From assembly GCA_964016885.1 (NCBI GenBank), contig OZ024743.1:237026001-237090000 (forward strand): a stretch of DNA of 64,000 nucleotides, read 5' to 3'. The stretch is from Eledone cirrhosa. Taxonomy: Eukaryota. The notes beneath the pieces were generated by a model. It saw nothing but the letters and a program-made list of their open reading frames with translations. It did no database searches and was not told the DNA's origin. Both the position numbers and the translations under genes were made by a program. Shown one piece after another: positions 55,590-64,000 of the stretch. Numbering within the stretch: position 1 is the stretch's first letter; the number at the start of each line of letters is the position of its first letter.

Positions 55590-55670
55590 ATTGTTATTAT
55601 AATCATCATCACCATCACCATCACCATCACCATCATCATCGCCATCATCATCACCATCATCACCACCACC
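55590..55670. repeat. (CAT/CAC)n trinucleotide microsatellite
   Basis: Directly visible. Confidence 0.92.
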
Positions 55671-55672
55671 AG

Positions 55673-55876
55673 TCATTCCAGCTCGCGAGGCTCACACCTG
55701 CGGCTGGCCAGCTCAGCGACTATGGTGGTGAGTAGGGAGGTAGCCCTAGGGCTGAGGACACCAGAAGTCTCCACTGCCAAGGGTACAACAGCAAACCTGT
55801 CGGAGAGTGACCGGTATTTGAAGAGTTTGACCTCCTCAGCCCGACGTGCAGCAGAACCTGGGTTATGTGTATGCAT
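55673..55876 (-). mobile_element. Fragment of a CRE-clade-like non-LTR retrotransposon RLE C-terminal region
   Basis: PGSAARRAEEVKLFKYRSLSDRFAVVPLAVETSGVLSPRA..EPRE fits the G.AA..AE..K..KY...F.PxAVETxG motif of CRE-type RLE domains. GC-rich island abutting a microsatellite. Confidence 0.75.
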
Positions 55877-56109
55877 ATAGTTCTAAATAGAGCTATACGA
55901 TATAAATACAAAGTTCAGTCATTACGTGACTCTTCCACAAGAATCTAATGGTTGTTCTGAAACTTCTGGAATTAAACCAATATATAACATAGCTTCTCTA
56001 ACTTCTCCCTTCACCAATCTTCTCTTTTGTTTCGTTTAGTTTAGTTTTTCTGCCTTCTTTTTCTTCTTACATAGAAGGGGTAAAGATACTTTCTCAGTCG
56101 TTCTTGGTT

Positions 56110-56113
<4 letters not shown>

Positions 56114-56195
<82 letters not shown>
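56114..56195. repeat. (CA)n microsatellite, about 40 units
   Basis: Directly visible. Confidence 0.98.
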
Positions 56196-56197
<2 letters not shown>

Positions 56198-56250
56198 TGT
56201 TCGTTTCTCGTTTTCTTGATATGTATACATACATACATACATACATACAT

Positions 56251-57037
56251 GGTGGCTGCCAACTCGTTTTCGAGTACGGCCACTACTTTATATCCATGTA
56301 GGAGAACCCCTACCGATGCGCTGAACAAGTGTGACTTTTTAGTCCAGCCAGCGACTTGAAAACTCTGGTACAAACACTACACTTGTGACAATTATTGACA
56401 CATAGTGCTGGGCCCATGGTACCATGTGACGACAAGTGCAGAGAGATCTCCAGATATAAAGCAATGCCTGTGCCGTGAAGCTTTTATAGTGAGCAAAGGC
56501 ACTGCACAAAGCCAGTCCCACTCTCTTAACCAAGATGATATACATACATACATACATACATACATACATACATACATACATACATACATACATACATGGT
56601 GGCTGCCAACTCGTTTTCGAGTACGGCCACTACTTTATATCCATGTAGGAGAACCCCTACCGATGCGCTGAACGAGTGTGACTTTTTAGTCCACCCAGCG
56701 ACTTGAAAACTATGGTACAAACACTATACTTGTGACAATTATTGGCACATAGTGCTGGGCCCATGGTACCATGTGACGACAAGTGCAGAGAGATCTCCAG
56801 ATATAAAGCAATGCCTGTGCCGTGAAGCTTTTATAGTGAGCAAAGGCACTGCACAAAGCCAGTCCCACTCTCTTAACCAAGATGATATTTACCAAAAAGA
56901 AGAACAAGTCAACATCATTGGATACCATCAGGGTTGCAGGTGTTATATCAGAGTTTTCCTTCTCCTAGAATTCTGCCTTGACAAAGGCTAAGGGGTCATC
57001 TCTCCCGGTAATTTTGGATGGCCATTGACTCTTAAGA
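56251..57037 (-). mobile_element. Two tandem copies (56251-56541, 56598-57037) of a non-coding retroposed element separated and flanked by (CATA)n; probably a non-autonomous LINE derivative
   Basis: About 290 bp shared with ~5 substitutions. Identical left junction catacat|ggtggctgcc and different right extents. Terminal stem-loop gtggctg..actcg-tttt-cgagt..cggccac. Strand is inferred. Confidence 0.6.
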
Positions 57038-57249
57038 GCATACATACATACATACATACATACATACATACATGAAAGTACATATATATATATATATATA
57101 TATACATATATATTACAAAATGAGGGGGGGGGTTAAATGAAAAAAAACGAGGTGTCCTACATGAGTGAAAGTATAAGGAAAAAAGATGAAATCGAAAATG
57201 CAACTGGAGTCTTTTTAAGAATATTTATTTGGTTCCTTTACTGGTTTCG

Positions 57250-57357
57250 CAGTTCTTGTGCTTTTCAAAAGTAGAATTGAGATGGAGGGTCTGTGGTTTT
57301 TCTCGCAAAACCACAAACCCTCCATCTCAATTCTACTTTTGAAAAGGATAAGAACTG
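57250..57357. repeat. 51-bp inverted repeat (48/51 matched, 6-nt spacer) in a segment flanked by (TA)n
   Basis: Left arm 57250-57300 cagttcttgtgcttttcaaaagtagaattgagatggagggtctgtggtttt; right arm 57307-57357 is its reverse complement with 3 mismatches. Confidence 0.95.
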
Positions 57358-57397
57358 AAGTGGATATATATATATATATATAGCCACTTCAAATAAA

Positions 57398-57472
57398 ATT
57401 TCATTCTGATGAGCGATTTCAGACATCTGTGTCGAGCTCGTCTGTCTTCGTGAAACCTTTGGTAAATGGAAT
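57398..57472 (+). ncRNA. Type I hammerhead ribozyme motif (Penelope-like/retrozyme type, short stem III)
   Basis: Stem I atttcatt/aatggaat; CUGAUGA at 57406-57412; stem II gcga/tcgt plus inner cagac/gtctg; GAAA at 57452-57455; stem III acc-ttt-ggt; GUA cleavage triplet at 57462-57464. Confidence 0.8.
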
Positions 57473-57588
57473 AATTGTTTTATGTTGTTTATTACATAAC
57501 TAAATAGCTCTGTAGCTTACATAGAGCACTCTCCTTTCCTTTACCTTTCCTACGGAAACACTTAATATTAATATATATATATATATAT

Positions 57589-57624
<36 letters not shown>

Positions 57625-57721
57625 TATAGAAGAGGTTTTAATTAAATATTTTTCCCAGTCTGTCATAGTTTATTAGCTTTACACGGACGCTTGATTTAAT
57701 AAAATATTTAAAATTTATAGA

Positions 57722-57955
57722 CATACATATATGTGTGTGTATGTATGTGTGTGTTTATGTATGTATGTATTTATATCTGTATGTATGTATGTGTTTATGT
57801 ATGTATTTATTTATATATGTATGTATGTGTTTATGTATGTATATATGTATATATGTATGTATGTTTATATGTATGTATGTATTTTGTGTATGTATGTATG
57901 TATGTATGTATGTACATGTGTATGTATGTAAGTATGTAAGTATATATGTATGAAT
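57722..57955. repeat. Degenerate (ATGT)n microsatellite at the 3' end of R4/Dong copy A
   Basis: Directly visible. Confidence 0.92.
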
Positions 57956-57956
57956 G

Positions 57957-60671
57957 TTCTTCTGGTTTGGTGGATTGGCAGTATCGGTAGAGGGTCTGAC
58001 GCCATGCGTTGTAGCAAAGAGTTAGGGCCCTTGCCATTCTGAGTTCAAATCCCGCCGAGGTTAACTTTGCCTTTCATCCTTATGGGGTCGATAAAATAAA
58101 GCACCAGTAATACACTGGGATAATTGTTGGCCTTGTGCCAAAAGTAGAAACAATTATTTTATAAATTTTCGCCAATAGAGAGAGAGTCGGTTTCTAACAT
58201 AGACACAAGACTCTCTCATTGGAATTTATACAACATCAACTAGGTAGATTATGTATGTATGTCTACATGCATGTGTAGATATGGATGTTATTGTATGTGT
58301 GGATGTGTATGTTTTGAGTTGTATGTGTGCATGTGTATATGCTTTGTATGGGTACATGTGTATATGCAGTTATTAGTTGCAGAATTTTTGGAATGTTTTA
58401 CATATTTTTACTGTTCCATTAACTAGTTGTGTTCTTTCTGTTACGAACTGCATTGTACAGTGTTTTGGCCACTACATCCACTACATCATGCCTCATAGGT
58501 AGATAGTACCGCGATGACATCTTTGGACAGCTGCTGATGACATGGGTGATATCCTCGATGTTAGTTCTGCAGTCTGCATTTGTTATCACATCTAGGTGTT
58601 TTGCCAGCATCCCTATCTCTTTTGTGAATCAGATATTTCGTGTTAATCTCCTGTTCTTGGATTGCAAAAGCGTATCCTTCAAAGTGGGAACAAATATAGC
58701 GGTTGTTGGTCCAAGATAGACTACTTTCCTTATCTATATTACTCTCACTCTGGAGCTTCCTGGCAACATATCCATGCATGATTTTTTGCTGATAAGCATG
58801 CAGTTTTTCATCCATGGATTCACTGCGATACTGCTGAGCGACTTCCCTGGGTATGAGTTTTTGATTATCACACAGGGAATAGCTCTTGAGAAGTTCCTTC
58901 CCAACTCTCATGATTTTATCTGTTTCATGCAGATATACTTGCTCAAGAAACGGGCTCTTACGCTTCGAGGTTCGTAGATGTTGTCGGAGCGATATGATGC
59001 GACATTCAAATGTTGTCTGGACTGATGTTAGGCCTCTGCCTCCCTGCTTACGTTTCAAGTAAAGGCGGTCTATGTCACTGTTGATGTGGAAGTTTCCGGT
59101 GTTGTTTAGTATTTTTCGAGTTCCAACATCAACTGCTCGGATTTCGTCTATCGTCCAATTGAGTATTCCAAACGTTGGTGTTAGGACAGGCACTGCAAAA
59201 GTATTGTGAGCCACTGTTCTGTTTTGCGCAGAGAGTTCCGATGACCAGATCTTTCTTAATCGGGTGTAGTATTCCCTGGTTACGCGTTCTTTATTACAGA
59301 TACCATTATATGATATGTTCTCATCTATCCCCAGGTATCTGTAGCAGTCCTCATCAGATATCGGTGAAACAGTTAGGCCATTGATGACAATGTTGCTAAA
59401 TTGGGTTGTTGTTTTTCCCCGATTTACAGTCATGTATGAGCATTTATCTTGGCCAAACTCCATTCCTATATCCTTTGAGAACGTTGTAACCAGGTCAAGA
59501 TTTTTCTTCATACCATCCATGTTCTTGGCATAGAGTTTCAGATCGTCTGGGACTTTAGCAAGTTGGAGGGCCTCTATCACCCAAGAGTGGGGAACAGAAT
59601 CGAAAGCTTTCCTGTAGTCCAGCCAGACTGTAGTCATATTCCTCCTAAGTTGTCGCACCTCCGACATCGCAGTTTTGTTGATTAGGAGTTGTTCATCTCA
59701 TCCCCAGACCCATTTCTTTCCAGCTGCTTGTTCATCTGTAATGATGTTATTATTTTCACAGTGATCTTGGGGGAATAGGTTCAGGCAGGCTGTATACATC
59801 TTATACATCAATTTCTGACATGCAATGGGTCGATAGTATTTTGCCAAGTGGGTGTCTTTGTTCTTGGGGACCAGTAATGTTTGTGCTAATGTCAACCATT
59901 CTGGTATAAGTGTATCTCCCTTAAGAACTTGTTGGTAGAGGTCAGTAATATACCTCCGATAGAATATTAGTTTTTTGTACCAGTAGCCGACAATCATGTC
60001 TCTTCCTGGTGTTTTCTTATCTTGGATTTTTCCTATCATAGTCTCAAGGGTACCTTCACTTATTTTGTATGTTTTTGTTGTAGTGTAGGAGCAATAGTTC
60101 TTTCGGATTTCTCTTAGCCACACTGCATCTTGGTTGAAATTCTTCTTTTCACCCCATATTTTGCTCCAAAAGGAATCTATGTCTTTCTGGGATGGGGCCT
60201 CAGTGACACTTATTATTTTGCCCTTCACATCTCTATAGACTGATGTTTGGTTTCGTCTGAATCTCTTATTAAGCGTTTTTATCTCATCTACCTTCAGGTA
60301 TCCGCGTTTTTCGCTAACAGCTCTCAATTATTGATAATGTTTCACTGTCGTTGCTAAGGCATATAAACAGGCGTTGATTTACCAAAATGTTGGGGTTTTT
60401 ATCCGTCGTAAATATTCATCCCCTATTTCGTCAATAACACGTAATATTTCATTATTTGGTTTTTTATTAAACATTGTCGTTTTAATACGTTCAGCAAGAG
60501 AGATATTTATACATGAATTAATTTCTCTCTGGAAGATTTCGTTGTGGGAAAATTTCAATTGTTTATACTTTTGATTATTATTATTATCGATAGTATTTTC
60601 CACAACAGTCGAGGTAGACTCGGAGGGTACACGTGGTGTCAAATTTCTTCGATTATTATTATTATTTCTTC
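57957..60671 (-). mobile_element. R4/Dong-like RLE non-LTR retrotransposon, copy A (pseudogenised, internally deleted): N-terminal region, RT, zinc knuckle, 3' UTR
   Basis: ORF pieces 60379-60670, 59698-60327 (KTPGRDMI..YRPIAC..MYKMYT) and 58561-59667 (WLDYRKAFDSVPHSW, DDLKLYA, YRYLG, GGRGL, CRL). The QGD motif and most of the RLE are deleted. Ends abut (CATA)n on the sense strand. Confidence 0.92.
57969..58156 (+). mobile_element. tRNA-derived SINE inserted in the 3' UTR of R4/Dong copy A
   Basis: ggtggattggcagtatcggtagag..ttctgagttcaaatcccgccgagg..agtagaaacaatt interrupts ttcttctggttt|ataa, which is contiguous in copy B (60700-60716). Confidence 0.88.
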
Positions 60672-60699
60672 GATGTATGTATGTATGTATGTATGTATG

Positions 60700-62090
60700 T
60701 TCTTCTGGTTTTATAATTTCACAAAGTTTTACCAATAGAGAGAGAGTCGGTTTCTAACATAGACACAAGACTCTCTCATTGGAATTTACACAACATCAAC
60801 TAGGTAGATATGTATGTATGTCTGCATGCATGCATGTGTAGATATGGATGTTATTGTATGTGTGGATGTGTATGTTTTGAGTTGTATGTGTGCATGTGTA
60901 TATGCTTTGTATCTGTACATGTGTACATGCAGTTATTAGATGCAAAATTTTTGGAATGTTTTACATATTTTTACTGTTCCATTAATTGATTGTACTTGTA
61001 GTTTCCTAACTAGTTGTGTTCTTTCTGTTCCTGTGAAGCCTAGCTTCTCAAGATTTGTATTGAGGCAGTTACTAACATATCCCAGTGCCCCAATAATCAC
61101 AGGCATAAATCTGAAGGTGTAATCAGGGTAGAGTATCTGCAGATTTCTCATCAGTTCTGCATAAATATTCTCCTTTTCACTAATCTTTGATATTATATTG
61201 GCATCTTCTGGGCAGCTAATTTCCACTACTGTGCATGTTTTCTTCTTCCTGTCCCATATCATAATATCTGGTCTGTTATGCCTGCATTTTATTGGGGTTT
61301 TTACTGGAACATTCCACCAGTACTCTTTCATATTATGTACATGGATGTCTTCCACATTGTTGTAGCTTTTAATGTGTTTATTATCGGGGCTATCTTTTTT
61401 ACGAACTGCATTGTACAGTGTTTTGGCCACTACATCATGCCTCATAGGTAGATAGTACCGCGATGACATCTTTGGGTAGCTGCTGATGACATGGGTGATA
61501 TCCTCGATGTTAGTTCTGCAGAGTCTGCACTTGTTATCACATCTAGGTGTTTTGCCTGCATCCCGATCTCTTTTGTGGATCAGATATTTCGTGCTAATCT
61601 CCTGTTCTCGGATTGCAAAAGCGTATCCTTCAAAGTGGGAGCCAATATAGCGGTTGTTGGTCCAAGATAGACTACTTTCCTTATCTATATTACTCTCACT
61701 CTGGAGCTTCCTGGCAACATATCCATGCATGATTTTTTGCTGATAGGCATGCAGTTTTTCATCCATGGATTCACTGCGATACTGCTGAGCGACATCTCTG
61801 GGTGTGAGTTTTTGATTATCACACAGGGAATATCTCTCAAGGAGTTCCTTCCCAACTCTCATGATCTTATCTGTTTCATGCAGATAGACTTGCTCGAGAA
61901 GTGGGCTCCTACGCTTCGAGGTTCGTAGATGTTGTCGGAGAGATATGATGCAACATTCAAATGTTGTCTGGACTGATGTTAGGCCTCTGCCTCCCTGCTT
62001 ACGTTTCAAGTAAAGGCGGTCTATGTCACTGTTGATGTGGAAGTTTCCGGTGTTGTTCAGTATTTTTCGAGTTCCAGTATTTTTCGAGTT
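60700..62090 (-). mobile_element. R4/Dong-like element, copy B, 5'-truncated; open frame covering RT C-terminus, zinc knuckle and RLE (element-derived part of ORF 60936-62231)
   Basis: CRLCRTNIEDITHVISSY (CCHC, last Cys mutated), RHDVVA, HNRPDIMIWD..VVEISCP..KENIYAEL..PVIIGALG. Highly similar to copy A over shared coding and 3' UTR sequence. The ORF N-terminus is SINE/microsatellite read-through. Confidence 0.93.
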
Positions 62091-62164
62091 CATACATACA
62101 TACTGTATGTATGTATGTATGTATGTATGTATGTATGTATGTATGTATGTATGTATGTATGTAT
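62091..62164. repeat. (CATA)3 followed by (TATG)n microsatellite at the 5' junction of copy B
   Basis: catacatacatac-t-gtatgtatgtatg... Confidence 0.93.
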
Positions 62165-62166
62165 CC

Positions 62167-62307
62167 GTGGTTGATTTGACAGAGTCGTTGAAGTTGGATA
62201 TTTGTTCCACCTCTCTGTGTTCTGAATTCAAATCCTGTCGAAGTCTACTTTACCTTTCGTCCTTCCATGGTCTGTAAAAAAATATCAGTGAAGTACTGGG
62301 GGTGATT
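62167..62307 (+). mobile_element. Decayed SINE fragment
   Basis: ttctgaattcaaatcctgtcgaagtctactttacctttcgtcct..gtactgggggtga matches the SINE copies at 52518 and 57969. Confidence 0.7.
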
Positions 62308-62330
62308 CTTTCTCTATATCTCTTTCTCAC

Positions 62331-62406
<76 letters not shown>

Positions 62407-62407
62407 C

Positions 62408-62438
<31 letters not shown>

Positions 62439-62644
62439 CCCCTCCCTCTCTCCCTCTCTCTCTCTCTCTCTTTCTCTCTCTCCCTCTCTCCGTCTCTCTC
62501 TCTCCCTCTCTCTCCCCCTCCCCCTCTCTCTCCCCCTCTCTCTCTCTCTTCCTCTCTCCCTCTCTTTCTCTGTCTCTCTGTCTCTCTGTTTCTCTTTCTC
62601 TCCCTCTCTCTCTCCCCCTCTCACTCTCTTTCCCTCTCTCTCTC
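62308..62644. repeat. (CT)n-rich polypyrimidine microsatellite
   Basis: Directly visible; it produces the RE/LS pseudo-ORFs. Confidence 0.97.
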
Positions 62645-62784
62645 CGTCTGTCCTTCTCTGGAAGAAATCAGCTTTGTGTACACCTGAATTGGCGTTGGAC
62701 TCAGCCAGGTTTAAATTTTAAAAATACCCAAGACCCACCATCTGTCACAACACCCCTACGACTTCATCAGGAGTTATGGATCCA

Positions 62785-62889
<105 letters not shown>

Positions 62890-63250
62890 TTATTAAAATA
62901 ACAGATTAAAGCTTAAGCAAAGAATCGCTGCTTTCACCCTTAACGGGATCTTCTGAAACTGACAAAGTCAATCTGTAAACGCAGAAGTGAATATTTCAAA
63001 AAACGTTACAGCCGGAGGAAGACAGGAAGACGATACTTTAGTTCGTGGAAACGTTCCCTGGCAAAGAACGGGAAAAACGAATATAATACGTCATTATTTG
63101 GAGCGGTGAGAAACAATTATGTATATATATATATGTATGTATGTATGTATGTTTGTATGTATATATATATAGCCGAAGAACCTCACTACAAATTCCATAT
63201 AACCACAACCTCTAGAAATATATTCTTAGTATCTCACAACACACTCTATA

Positions 63251-63439
63251 TACAAGGGTTGGCTAAAAAGTTCATAGGCTGACCAAGATACTCTCATGGA
63301 ATGACCAAATGAGGTTTATTTTTCAACATAATCCCCGGAAAGAAACAATAAGAATATTTGAAATTAATGCATGCCAGATTTCACAACTCCAGCATCAATC
63401 CTTCATAATCAGCCATGAACTTTTCAGCAGAGCCTTGTA
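63251..63439. mobile_element. Tc1/mariner-type MITE with TA target-site duplication
   Basis: Left end TA-caagggttggctaaaaagttcataggctga; right end tcagccatgaacttttcagcagagccttg-TA (imperfect ~30-bp TIRs of mariner type). Confidence 0.82.
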
Positions 63440-63732
63440 TTCACCATCTCCATCTATTTATAATTTCATGCTCAAATAAGCATCAATGTCTGTTCAGTTC
63501 CAAATAAACATTGTTCTTTTTTTTTTAAGTGTGAGAATTTTATTCTATACGCTACCGCCATAAATGAAACTTAAGGGCCATTCCGGCTTACTCCGGATGT
63601 GGCGAGGGAGACATGCTGCTAGATCCACTCCACCTCGCGGGACTCGCACTCGTCGGTAGCTAACCGTTTCTATAGTCTTGTCCGAGCTATTTTCAATGTA
63701 AAAATAACAACCCTACATTGAAGCAGCATATT

Positions 63733-63955
63733 TTAACCCTTTACCATTTAAACCGGCCATATCCGGCCAGAATTCTCTCACCACCTTCAAACCGGCCGTA
63801 ATTGACTGCTCATCCAACATTAAGGTATTATTCTCAAAATAAATAATATCAACATCTCGCAGATAAGATATTATGTGAGATAATTATGTGAGGTAAAGCC
63901 TTTACCGCAAAAATACAATAGTAAATATAGAGTAATGTAAATGATAAAGGGTTAA
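63733..63955. mobile_element. piggyBac-type MITE with TTAA target-site duplication
   Basis: TTAA-ccctttaccattta ... taaatgataaaggg-TTAA: 14-bp TIRs (13/14) starting with CCC. Confidence 0.82.
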
Positions 63956-64000
63956 AGTCCAAAGGCTGGCTTTGAATGAGTGATGCTAGAGCTGTGAAAT

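Noticed and set aside
56036-58037. Short ORFs rich in MYVC, HT, CV or YIHT
   Set aside because: They are read-throughs of (CATA)n, (CA)n and (TA)n microsatellites with no domain motifs.
52945-62277. Plus-strand ORFs overlapping the retroelement ORFs (52945, 58537, 58774, 59175, 60374, 60940, 61725, 62023)
   Set aside because: They are antisense shadows of the minus-strand retroelement coding sequence.
62250-62721. RE-rich and LS-rich ORFs
   Set aside because: They are (CT)n/(GA)n microsatellite translations.
62725-62775. Minus-strand hammerhead (ctgatgaa-gtc..gac)
   Set aside because: The GAAA core is absent (agat) and there is no convincing stem I or III; at best a dead relic.
62920-62960. 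Minus-strand hammerhead-like cagaaga-tccc-gttaa-gggt-gaaa
   Set aside because: The CUGA core is mutated and stems I and III are unsupported; possibly a decayed Penelope-like terminus but not callable.

Overview
Eukaryotic, gene-free, repeat-only DNA. The SINE types and microsatellite density suggest a cephalopod mollusc such as Octopus (inference). Bases 1-50174 are one head-to-tail array of a 52-bp satellite (about 960 monomers, open at the left edge) with nested kb-scale duplications (offsets about 3.1, 5.2-5.8, 6.4-6.5 and 11.6 kb). The remaining ~14 kb is a transposon graveyard: R4/Dong-like RLE non-LTR retrotransposon copies at (TAA)n and (CATA)n microsatellites, a CRE-like RLE fragment, tRNA-derived SINEs, a type I hammerhead ribozyme beside a 51-bp inverted repeat (Penelope-like context), mariner and piggyBac MITEs, and microsatellites. 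Main observation: on the minus strand, a decayed R4/Dong reverse-transcriptase segment (52455 to 50160, absent from the ORF track) runs colinearly through three different tandem repeats and into the satellite monomer. This suggests that a second 52-bp repeat, a 20-bp minisatellite and the 50-kb satellite all expanded from consecutive pieces of one retrotransposon RT gene. No host protein-coding gene is supported. All alignments were done by eye.
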